From NCBI GenBank assembly GCA_053919585.1, contig CM132792.1: a stretch of 64,000 bases of DNA; one strand, written 5' to 3'. A program made the position numbers and the translations under genes. Below are positions 52,889 through 64,000 of this stretch, in pieces; within the stretch, counting starts at the first letter, position 1, and every line of letters begins with the position of its first letter. The DNA comes from Euprymna scolopes (taxonomy: Eukaryota). The notes under the pieces were generated by a model. The model made no database searches. It saw nothing but the letters and a program-made list of their open reading frames with translations, and was not told the DNA's origin.

Positions 52889-52979
52889 AGGTTCAAGTGA
52901 GGGCCACATCTTGTCACCTCACATTTTCGGAGTCAGCTTGAAAGTCAGCACAAAAGTGTACCTGGATGTGCTGAAGAGT
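52889..52979 (+). pseudogene. Short maT transposase fragment
   Basis: SSEGHILSPHIFGVSLKVSTKVYLDVLKS, homologous to 45670-45755. Confidence 0.75.
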
Positions 52980-53099
52980 TTGATAAATCCTACAAAATGC
53001 TCCTCCATACAGGGCCACGCAATCAGTTATAGTTTTATCTTCTTTAGTAAACGCTGTCCCCAGTCACAAATCCTTCATCCACATAATGTCTTATATTAA

Positions 53100-55080
53100 A
53101 TCTGTGCTCTCCGAATTTTTTCACTTGATTCAGCCTCCATGAACCTTTTACTTGCTGAATATAAGGCATTTCAATTTATTCTAACCATTGATTGTTGAGG
53201 CGTCTAAATTTGGGCTATATCCGGAATTATTCTGAAGAGCATTTTCAGCACTAACAGCCCAAATCAAATCTATTGTGGTTCACATTTCTCATCTTCCAAT
53301 GTTTTCTCCATTGCTTCAACTAATATTAGACTGTGACGTTTCATAGTGCCATTGCTGAATTGACTTTCAGCGGCTGTGGTGCAAGTTTCAATATTCAATT
53401 TTTCATTCCTCTCTCTGTAACCATCGTTATTAAATTCTCTCCTATTATAATTCAAGAAGCGTTTGGGAACTCCAAAATATGTTATCTCCGTTAAAAATAC
53501 GTTGTAAATAATTTCTTCACTCTTCTTAGTTTTAATCAGCCTGGCAGCAGTGTACCTAGTGAATGTGCCAATTTGGTGTAAAATCCAGCATCCATCATGT
53601 CTGAATTCTTTGAAATCCATACATACAGTATCATTAAACCGGTTTTCAAGAGCCAATTCCATCAGCGGACGAAGATCTTCTAAGCCTTAGCCAAACTGAA
53701 CACAAATCACAGACATCCTTAATAGGAGCCATAAATTCTTTATCATCAAACGTCCTACTGCCGCTTACCAATGATACGAATTTTTCTTTTGATGCATGAA
53801 CAACCTGTTTATGTAATTTCTCAGCCTTCGTTCGTTTCCCCATTCTCGAGCATTTTTCTAAAGCTTCACAATGTAACAGTGTTGTGTCAGCTTGCAAAAA
53901 CATTTGTCAATGAAAGATTATAATATCCAGAAGCTATCTTTTGCAATTTAATAACAAGGGTTAATCATTTCCTCGTAACAAAGGTTAATCATTTTTTGAC
54001 AATATCAGCCTCTATGTATGCTGTGACACCTTTTATACCTCCTGTATAGTTATACCACCTATCCACTGTTGAATTGTGTAGTGGACTTTCGGTCAGCGTT
54101 CAAGTTGTGGATAACTTGACAAAGACTAAAGTTACTTCTCATGAAAGAGGAGAACTATTTATGGCACAATGGGAGATTCCATTGTGCACACATGGGCCAG
54201 TCTATTCCTTGGATTGTGATTGGCTGAATCACCTGATTGGATATGCTTGTACATAAATACAAGCCCTCAGTCCAGCTCAATCTGATGTCTGTCTTGTGCA
54301 TGAGCTGAACCCTTGGTAAGTGTTGCTGCTATTATTGTTGTTGTGTGTTATTGACTAACACAGTTCTTTTGATTATTCTACATCCACCACCAAAACAAAA
54401 TGTCCTGTTAGACTTAGTCTTTAACCCCTAATCTCAGTCATTTCATGTACCAAGAAATACATTAAACCAAAATTCTACAGTAACAGTTAAAGAACAAGCA
54501 CTGACATTTATTATATTACGATCATTCATCAATTTAATAAGAGGTGTACCTGGTTTAAAAAAATGTCTAATAGAATCACATTTGAAACAATGCAGTCTTA
54601 CCTTGCCTGTCTGTTAGATTTTTGTTTCCACAGTAGAACTTTTGTCTGTAATTATTTTTAATCCGTCAATTCAGCTGATATCTGTGATGTCCAAGTTTCA
54701 AACGCATTCTCATATAATTTGTGGCCGTGACAAAAATACTGCTGGGTTTTCTTTAGATAAATCAGTAAAAATAGACCACATACTTATGTGTTGTTTCCAC
54801 TCGGTGTACATTTCTTCACTTTGTTTAGTAAATGACGCCATCTTTCTTTCAACGGAAGTTGAACAGATATCATATCTGTCACACGAAAGAAGGCAGTTTG
54901 CTACCAATGCTAGTTAGTTCATTTAGTACTTGCTACAACGTAGGATAAATGTGTGTTACTGTTGACTGGACGGCATATTGGATGTCCATTACAAACAAGG
55001 GACATAACTGAATATATATAGAAAGAATCCACCAAGTTCGATAACTCCAACTCTAAGAGTTAGCATACATACACATAACA
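53100..55080 (-). mobile_element. Decayed Ty1/Copia (GalEa-like) LTR retrotransposon: 5' LTR, PBS, gag and integrase remnants
   Basis: Putative LTR TGTT...CA at 55080-54908, followed by PBS-like TGGTAGCA. Gag-like YTEWKQHISMWSIFTDLSKE. Integrase LHKQVVH..C..C, FNDTVCMD, FGVPKRF, EFNN, TTAAESQFSNG. Confidence 0.75.
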
Positions 55081-55217
55081 AAAATATGAGTTGGTTTTAG
55101 AGATGTGTCTGTGTTATTTTTACTGGCCTGTTTTTATGCTTATTCACTATACAATTTACTAAATTTTTCATCATGTTTGAAATTTAATTTTAAGTTATAT
55201 ATGTACACGTGTGTGTG

Positions 55218-55362
55218 TTATAATTATTCTTTAGACACTATTGCTTACACAATTATCAGTGTAGGATAACAATTCTTACCGGTCATAAGATTCGAACCCA
55301 GCCACAAAGCCACCTTTTGCTCCATTTGCTAAGCCTCTACACCAGGGCCACCAAACAATTGC
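55218..55362 (-). mobile_element. Copy of the tRNA-hammerhead family (hammerhead internally deleted)
   Basis: Revcomp GCAATTGTTTGGTGGCCCTGG..GCTTAGCAAATGGAGC..GGGTTCGAATC..CCTACACTGATAATTGTGTAAGCAA-TAGTGTC. Confidence 0.75.
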
Positions 55363-55432
55363 TTTGCTTTTGGAACGACACATATATATATAACTACAAC
55401 TAAGACCCACCAACATATAAATACATATACAT

Positions 55433-55510
<78 letters not shown>

Positions 55511-56911
55511 ACGAAATGACGCTCAACAGGTTAAATGAAATATTAAATTTATATAATTTAGGCAAATAATTTTGTGAGGACTAAAGGACAAAATAGAAAC
55601 GGCAGTCCTTTAGTCCTCGCATTCCATGAGTGATATATCTGATAAAGAGACAATAAATGCTATCCCTCTAACATTTATCATCGGCTAGTTTTTGACCTTG
55701 AAGTAGAATTTTTATAAAACTCCTTAGTGGCTTCATGCCTTGTCTGGAGCAATTTTCATTAAAAAGAATTTTATAAGAGTTTTTGAACAGTAGTAATATT
55801 AACAATTCCTACTTCTATGACAAACCCATATCATTTAATGCTTCATACCAGATTCTGAACAATTTTGTCAATTAGTTTTAGATCCTATAAGCGGCCTGCA
55901 AACAGACTATAGTATAGTTTCACTTTTTATTGTAACAACCCACTCCACAATAATTGTCCACTACCTCCAATCAAATTGAAGTTATTTAATTGCAGATATT
56001 CCTTCATCAGAACCTCAGTTATAGTCTATCCATTACCCATTCCATAAAATTGACCCTTCAGTTATCATCTCGTTTTATTTAATTAATCAGTGAATGTTTT
56101 GTCAGCCATATTGAAAATACTTGACTTCATTTTAAAGCCGATAAAATTTTTATGATGTTCAAGGTTTTCTACAATCAATTCTCTTGCATCTTCTTAGAAT
56201 TGCATTTCATTCTCTTTAAAGCCGCGATGTAGATATAGCAAACTATTTTCACTCAGCGAGTGAATACTGCAGTGGCGTTATTTTGTGTCCTGTCAGCCAA
56301 ACAAAATGCGTAAGCGTAGGAATATTTTTTTGCTGGACTATTTACACCAGACACAAAGTTGCTTGAAGCAGAATAGTCCTACATCGTCAACCTGAGAACA
56401 CTCTTCACTATTTCTTACCCACTTTGCTAGCTGGCAAAGTTAAAAATAGTAGCTTTCTGTTGTTATACGCCTACCTCAATCACAAACTTGCTGACTCAGT
56501 AACATCTCCTGTTTTATGGACTGAACATAGTTTCTTTCTCGCATATTCGACTAAACTCAGAGCTAGAGCCAATCAACACCGAGCTGTTAATTTATATATC
56601 TCATCCTTTTGCAATAAAAATTAATCGTGAAAGGAAGATCTTTAGTGATGCACTGTCTTCATTGCCGATTTCTGGTTTTGCATCATATTAATTCTGGACC
56701 ACTAAATCGTCAGTTATCAGATATGTGTGCTGACATTGCAAAAAAAAAAAAAAGTTTCCTAACAATTTTAGATCTTTCCTTTCAACATATAAGCAGCTTC
56801 AGCCAATTGTAACAAAGTCACTGACGAAAGGTAGCAGCAATAGCATCTCGAGTATTCAAACAATCAAGCCATGGCACGAGGTGACGTCACAGCGAAGAAA
56901 GGGGAGAAATA

Positions 56912-57727
56912 TATATAAAACATGACACTAGCAAAAGAAATATCTATATGTCTATAAAAGTGAGAATACACATATATGCGTGTGTGTTTGTGTGTAGACA
57001 CTTCCTAACCTATATACTCAGCGAGGTTTTGATCTACAGACATGAAATTTAGTATAAAGGGTATTCCGACAGGTGGAAAACTTTTTAATCAGTTTTCATC
57101 CGGAAAAAGGGGCTGCTCCGGGATGAAAATTAAAAAATGGGAACTTAGGGCTCATCAGATTTTTATTAGCTTGTGAACTGTTTCACAAGGTTTGAAAACA
57201 CCTTTTAAAATCGTAACAAGCTGGTCTGATGGTTATCGTACGTGACTCAATTGTCTTTAGGTTTGTGTTTCAATCTCAGTTCGAGAATTTTTTTTTTTTA
57301 CTTACAAGAAGTAAACTGTTTAGAAAAAAAACATAATACTCGCATGCACATGTTTCAGTTTCTTTCCGTTTTTTTTATTTCATTTTTTTAAAGGAATTTA
57401 ACATTAGGTTTAATATCTGGCAACGCCGGATGCATCTTCTAGTATCTTATAAAAAGCGAACTTCTCAAGATAGGAAAGATAAACACTTAACAAGAGTAAT
57501 TAAAAAATATTGATTAAAAAATGAGAAATGAAGGTTATATAACTTTATTATGACATCAGATCAATAAGGAATGAAAATAAGAAATTTTCTTTGCTTATTG
57601 ATTTGATGGTATATTTATTTCTCATCTTTTAATTAATATCTTTTAATTACTCCTGTAAAATGTTGTTCTTTCCTAGCTTGATAAGTTTGCTTTTTATAAG
57701 ATATATTTCTTTTGCTAGCGTCATTTT

Positions 57728-57733
<6 letters not shown>
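56912..57733. repeat. Fold-back inverted repeat between (TA)n tracts, left arm interrupted by a Helitron
   Basis: 56912-56942 joined to 57443-57570 is the reverse complement of ~57590-57733. Confidence 0.75.
56943..57442 (+). mobile_element. 500-bp non-autonomous Helitron-like element
   Basis: A|TC ... TCTGGC-AAC-GCCGGA hairpin ... CTAG|T. The empty site is recoverable from the opposite arm of the palindrome and shows no TSD. Confidence 0.85.
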
Positions 57734-57768
<35 letters not shown>

Positions 57769-57872
57769 GCGACATTCCAACTTCCGATCGTTAAATACTA
57801 TCTGATTGTTTGCTATTTATGCCCACTGATTTGGCATTTATAGATATTTATTTCCCTCAAATCTTGTGTTAA

Positions 57873-58010
57873 TTGCCGGTGGCCTTCATGTAAACCTATG
57901 GAGTCAATGGTGACTTTGTCGCTGGGTTCAAATCTCCCGACCAACAGTAATTATTACTACCTACATTGATGCTTGCATAAGCATAAAACATTAGTGTCTG
58001 TAGGTATAAG
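57873..58010 (+). mobile_element. Copy of the tRNA-hammerhead family (core mutated)
   Basis: GGTGGCC..GGGTTCAAATCTCC..ACCTACA-TTGATGC-TTGCATAAGCAT-AAAA-CATTAGTG-TC-TGTAGGT. Confidence 0.7.
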
Positions 58011-58830
58011 CATACTTAATATTTATTTTTAAAAAAATTATATATAAGAGAGAAAGAGATAACACGTCGAGATTGAATGATGCTCAACGAATGTTTTTAT
58101 TCTCGGTCCAATCAATGAAATAACCTATTTTTCAATAAAATCGGTTGGTTACCTGCTCTAATTAGGGACCCATCATGATGCACCTGAAAAAAAAGCTTTC
58201 CATGCCTCTTATAATGACTAAGTTCACAATATATTGTAGTCTACATTGCACTGTAGAGAACCTACTGTTGATTTTATAAAATTAATTTTGATATATAATA
58301 GCTTACATTAAAAGTTCAAATGGCAAAATAAAGTCTCATGCTTCAATTTTGCTCTGAACTTGAATGCGCCCTTATGTCAAATAACCATACTGTTGATTTT
58401 ATATGTCTAGCATTACTGCTTGTGCGGTGATAATGGCTTGAATTTGAGTGTAAAATAAAAAAAGTCATAGTATCATTGTGAAATTGTGCTTTAAACAGAA
58501 GCATTCATTTCGAACGTGCCCCCGTCATATCAAAGAACCTACTGCTGATTTTATATGTTTGGCTTTTTGGCTTGTGTGGTAATAAAATTTCTCAAATTTA
58601 CTTGTGGTGTTAGGTTGTGTAAGGTGTTAACTTTAGTGAAAATGGCCTGTTCCTCTTGCATCAGATTGTTTCGATTATCGATACTTATCAAAGACATTCT
58701 GACACAAAACCTATCTGAGAACACTACTAGATACATAGAGCACATTGGTGTGAAATTTCATAAAAATCGACTCAACCGTTTTTGAGCTCATAGGGAACAA
58801 ACACACAAAGTTCCATTTATATAATAGCAG

Positions 58831-58881
<51 letters not shown>

Positions 58882-59179
58882 GTGTGTGTGTATTAGGCAG
58901 TATTTTTTCATCTAAGCAAACATTAAAAATAACAAAATGCTTTTAATGATACCCTTTTTATTTTTTCTAATGATTTTGTTTGTTAAAATAAAAATGTGCA
59001 ATTTCCACATGTATCATGAACATTTTTGCTTCTCCTTTGAATCATCATTAGTTGAAAAAGCAAATGAACAGACAAAACTGGAGAAAAAAAAAAGAATTTC
59101 CAAAGGTAGCACTACTTGAACATTTCCACGCAGTTCCAGAAAAGCCGTTAACAATTTAAATTCTGTGATACCAAAATTA

Positions 59180-59843
59180 GCATCGATCAGGCTGGATTTG
59201 GTGTTGTGGTGTTCTCATCATATGATCAAACGAAGCAGTCCAGTGGGTTCAGGTCGGAGGAGGAGGGAATGAGTGGGAGAAAGGTAAAAAATTGTAGCAT
59301 TCCTTCTGAAACCAAACCTGGGTCCTTTAGACTTGCGGGCCGGCGCCAAGTCCTGCTGCCACACCCAGGGTCTGCCATCGACCATCTGATTGCACCAGGA
59401 GATCAAATGCTCTTCAGCGCTTTCAAGTACAATTTGGTATTGACTTTCAAGCTGACTTCAAAGATGTGAGGTGGCATGATGTGGCCCTCACTTAAAATCA
59501 CGTGGCTGGAAATTTTGTTTTCATCACCCTGGGCACGTCCGTTATTCATGGTAATCCAGCAATGCATTTTGAAGATGCTGGCAATGGTCCTGTTGTCATA
59601 ACTTGGATTGGTAGAGAGCATGAGTTGTACAGCGGCACATCTCTGATTCTGCTCGTTGAACATTGTGTCACTTTCAGACGTGATAGAAGGCTCCCATTGC
59701 TCTTGGGATTTGTACACAACTGGCCAGCTAGTAAATGGTCTCTTATCAAAAAAAAAAAAAAAAAAAAAGTAAACCGGTTTTCATCAAACGGAAATGAAAT
59801 CATGTCGTCTTTTCTAAGGTGATAATTTTCTAGTTCTACCTTG
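59180..59843 (-). mobile_element. Non-autonomous maT (DD37D) copy, 3'-truncated, carrying a single satellite-like monomer at ~59709-59748
   Basis: TIR-like end with TA at 59844-59845. Motifs RPWVWQQDLAPA..DLNPLD. Same internal deletion junction as the 45440 copy. Confidence 0.85.
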
Positions 59844-60270
59844 TAATCATCTATCTCGAATTCATTTAGAAACAGATTCATAAAAAAATCAATTAATTGA
59901 AACTAGAGCCCATGTCATTACTAATTAAAATATTTGCTCTAAACATTCGTCAAAGAATTGGTATGAAATGGATCCAGAAATCATGAGCAGTCTATAACAG
60001 ACAATTTCTATGTTACATTGAGAAAAATTTATACAGACATACATAGTGTAATATAATAGTTCTTAAAGTCCAAATTGTCAAGTGTTCTCTTTTGGTAATT
60101 TATTGCTTTTCAGAAGGTAACCATTACAATATTGTTTCGTTCGTGACTAACAAAACTGCAAAATTATGTCTTTGTTGCATTTTTAGTGACTTACTCATCA
60201 GATGTTCACCTTTAAAAATAACAACAAAAAAAAACACCAATTTGAACAACTTACATTGTTCATACAACTG

Positions 60271-60308
<38 letters not shown>

Positions 60309-60309
<1 letters not shown>

Positions 60310-61024
60310 TAGCAGGCCACCTGGTATTGCCCGGTCATAAAATACGCTTAAATATGATATTTTGAGTAATGCAGATATCGTATTTATTAGATTGGACTCA
60401 ATATATAGTAATTTTTTAAAAAGCTAAAAAAAAAAGACTCATGCGCTATCACCGAGAATTGAAATCAAAACATTTAGCTTATGATTTACTTTTCCCTTTG
60501 ACGTTAATGACTGTATTATGAAGACATGTTTACTGCAAAGCTAAATATTAAAACATGAACCTATAGATATTATTCCTTAATTGGAATTCATTTTTGAGAT
60601 GAGCATTATATATATTAATTTATTTTTTATTTCTGACTATTATTCTAATCTTTATTAGTTGTTGTTTTCATCTTTATTGGTTCTTGGCTGAAACATCGTG
60701 AAAAACAACCAGTAAAGATGAAAACAACAACTAATAAAGATGAGAATAATAGTCCGAAATGAAAATAAATGAATATGAACCTATAGCTATTACGTCACAC
60801 ATGTAAATTTGTAATGTCGTCGTTTGATCTTCACCTGACAAATTTCATTCTTTCACACTTCTGTACTGATTTTACCAGGCTAAAACCCAAATATAAAGTT
60901 TCATATGGGTTCGAATACCCTCTATATGAAGTTTGATGACTGTGGATCAAACAAACTGACAGAGGAGTTTGGTAGGCCAAATTTTTTAAACAAAAATATA
61001 TACGCATACATAAATATATATAGA
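60309..61024 (-). mobile_element. Helitron-like element (5' boundary uncertain)
   Basis: Minus-strand 3' end CCGGGCAATACCAGG..CTAG|T resembles the other Helitron-like ends. Confidence 0.5.
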
Positions 61025-63183
61025 AAGCGTTTTGCGTTTACTATAAGCTTTTTACACAAATATTACACAAGTATAAATCATGTAGAATACTTGCATGAAT
61101 ATAATTGCATGTAATGGTTAACTACAGATGATCATTCAATAAAAAAAACCGAAAACACTAATAGGGAATTGAGTAAAATCAATGTTTAAAAGAATATGCA
61201 AATTAACGAGATCTTTTTGCTAGTGAATGCTATTCCACAACCAATATATATAACAAAGTTGTATTTTCTTTTTAAGATCAAAGTGTAGTATCTGTTCCGA
61301 TGCTACTCTTAAGGTAATTTGTCTCCGTCAATGGAGGGGAAGCCCTCTATACTGATCAATTATTATTTTTGGTCCCAACACGAGTGCCCCTTTTACCTTC
61401 TTTTCGGGGATATGGTTCCTTCCCCACCCCACTCCACCCACATTAAAAATGACCTTGTGTCACATTTTGCTTTCGTGGGGAAGCAAATACATACTAATAG
61501 AAATAATACACAAAAAAGAACAAATTTATAGCAGTGTGTGTGTGTGTGTATATATATGTGTGTGTGTATATATATATATACACGCGCGCGCGCACACACA
61601 CACACACACACTTTGTGCAGTGATGTATTTACTTTCAATTAGTTTTGTTAGTTTTGTGCTTTTTTGCCTTAATCTTATATTTTTCGAAACAAAGAGAAAG
61701 AAGTGTGTTATGGGGAAATAACGTGGCCGTTATGCTCGAACAGTGTTCGTTAAGCATCAAACCTCTCTGGGGCCCCAATCTTTCCAGAATGCATGCAAAG
61801 GAACAAACAAAAATAAATCTGGCTTGGCTTCTTTTCTTGTTTTAGCAAAAGGCATTTATTATCGTTACTTTCCAAACAATGCCCGCTTTTTTTCTTTTTT
61901 TTTTTACTGTTCATTTTATGCCATGAGATTAACCGTCTCGACACCAGCTTAAGTCTTTTGCCACCACCACGGGGTCACACGTCCATCTCGCCCGGTGAAA
62001 CATTTCTTGCTAGCCATAGCCAGCTATTTTCCGTTTTTTTACTTACACATCCATCTTTCTCAACACGGACTTTGCTTCCCTCTTCGATCACATGCTGTCC
62101 CTTTTTCTTGTATTGCAAGCCTTCACACACTTGCTAATTTGCGTAGTGCTCAAACAGCTACTACTGTTGCTGCTAATACCTTTGTTAGCTATCTATTCTT
62201 TCAGCTGCAGCTGCTCTTTTCACATGCGCTCTATTATATAGTTACATCCACTTGTTTTATAAAATATTATTTTTCTCTTCCAAACACGCGAAGCAAATCT
62301 CTAAGGAACTAACATACACTTACTCCCATTTATTTTTTAAAAGTGACCTTACGAAAACAAATTCTATTATTTTCTGGATCGAATTCGCTCGGTTTACACT
62401 GTATTATTCTTAACAACATGATCTAACGTTCCACAAAATAAATTCGCTATTCCAAATAAAATATGGATTTTTAGGAAGGGCGACAATCTGACTGAATTTA
62501 CTTCATTATATACATGAAGGAGAGAGAGAGAGGGGGGAGGAAGAGAGAGAAAGAAAGAAAGAGGAGGAAGAAGAATATAAAACAGCTTAACTTAGTTAAA
62601 CTTTAACCTGAGGCTGGAATAGGCGCTGGAAACTGGCTTCATACTCTCGTTCTATGGGAAATCCATTTCCACTGTTTGGTAGATTATAAAGAGAAAATTA
62701 CAACGTTTGCTCGCGGCGATGGTTAATTGATTTTTATTGGCATCTCTCGGCTACCGTACATAAATTGTCTCACGACTGAATCGTTTTAAGAGTCTGATCT
62801 CGACGCGAAACAATGGTCTAACAACAAACATCTGTCTCTGGCTTCTCACAAAATTGCTTTTATCTAATTTATCATGCACTCTTCAGCAGCTTAGCTTCAA
62901 AGATGCGATACATGTACGATATAAACTGTATATATATTGCTAGACTTTCTTACTCGTTAAAAACGGGCGAAAGTTATGGTGCTTTGACTTAGAATGATTG
63001 CTTTAGATCAAACGTTTAGACTAAAAGATATATTGTGGTAACTAATCCCTATTAATTCATAACTGTGCATTGGACGGATAGCAAAATAGTTAAATAGCTG
63101 CACCATATAACAAAGGTTCATTAAAATGTCTGCCAGATCGGAGAGTAGTTTCCAAAATAAAAAAAAATGCAGAGAGACACAGA

Positions 63184-63219
<36 letters not shown>

Positions 63220-63360
63220 AATATGGTATACATGCATATGTGTGTGTGTAAAATATGGTATACATGCATATGTGTGTGTGCAAAATATGATATACATATA
63301 TGTGTGTGTGTGTGTGTGCAAAATATGATATACATATGTGTGTGTGTGTGTGCAGAATAT
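63184..63360. repeat. Compound minisatellite (TG)n-AAAATATG(G/A)TATACAT x4-5 next to a gap
   Basis: Seen directly in the sequence. Confidence 0.85.
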
Positions 63361-63384
63361 AATATACTATCTATATATGTATGT

Positions 63385-63552
63385 NNNNNNNNNNNNNNNN
63401 NNNNNNNNNNNNNNNNNNNNNNNNNNNNNNNNNNNNNNNNNNNNNNNNNNNNNNNNNNNNNNNNNNNNNNNNNNNNNNNNNNNNNNNNNNNNNNNNNNNN
63501 NNNNNNNNNNNNNNNNNNNNNNNNNNNNNNNNNNNNNNNNNNNNNNNNNNNN
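63385..63552. other. Assembly gap
   Basis: Run of N. Confidence 1.
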
Positions 63553-64000
63553 NTTTTTCAATTATGTTTCGCTGTTTGTGTAGAGCAATCCTTTTTGCTT
63601 GGAAACTCAGTGTATTTTAAAGATAGCAACACGGCGTATATAAAAGAACAACAGCATAGCTACATTCTAAGATTCAAATATTTATTTCTCATGCAAAACA
63701 GCTCCTCCAGAATGGTAAAATTTCGGTACATTTTTTTTTTTTTTTTTACAGATCCGTTTCGATATGCAGAACTAATCGGTTATTATTATGTCAATACCGA
63801 CTCTTTTCATGAATATACTCATAAAAAAAAATAGAAATTCTTTGCTTACAAAGAAAAAAAGGCATGACAATATAATGTCGGGAAAAAGAAAGAAAATTCA
63901 TAGTGGGCTCAACATCGTGTGTTTGTTCCGGTAGCAATCTTGGTTCATATTGTAAAGCTAGATAGGTTTTATTCAACGTTTGAATTAAAATGTTCTATAA

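Noticed and set aside
61319-63976. Short ORFs (HTHTH/VCVCV/YIYI-rich and gap-spanning)
   Set aside because: These are translations of microsatellites, low-complexity DNA or N runs with no recognisable domain

Overview
AT-rich eukaryotic (invertebrate animal) intergenic DNA, possibly molluscan/cephalopod (an inference from the 5S sequence and repeat types). It has two assembly gaps and no intact host gene that I can support. The window is dominated by a ~28 kb tandem array of a 39-bp unit (17479-45439, ~717 units). This array lies inside a non-autonomous maT (DD37D, Tc1/mariner) DNA transposon, whose left TIR is at ~17406 and whose body and right TIR are at 45440-46141. A second copy of the same element at 59180-59843 (-) carries a single unexpanded version of the unit, so both the satellite and its likely seed are visible in this window. 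The flanks are a patchwork of decayed mobile elements: a Tigger/pogo transposon, LINE 3' ends, an RLE non-LTR fragment, a GalEa-like Copia remnant, Helitron-like elements, mariner MITEs and 5S rRNA-derived SINEs. The flanks also hold (i) many fold-back inverted repeats next to (TA)n, several containing type I hammerhead ribozyme cores as in Penelope pLTRs, and (ii) at least two families of short elements in which a tRNA-like Pol III head is followed directly by a minimal hammerhead ribozyme, one of them as a tandem dimer.
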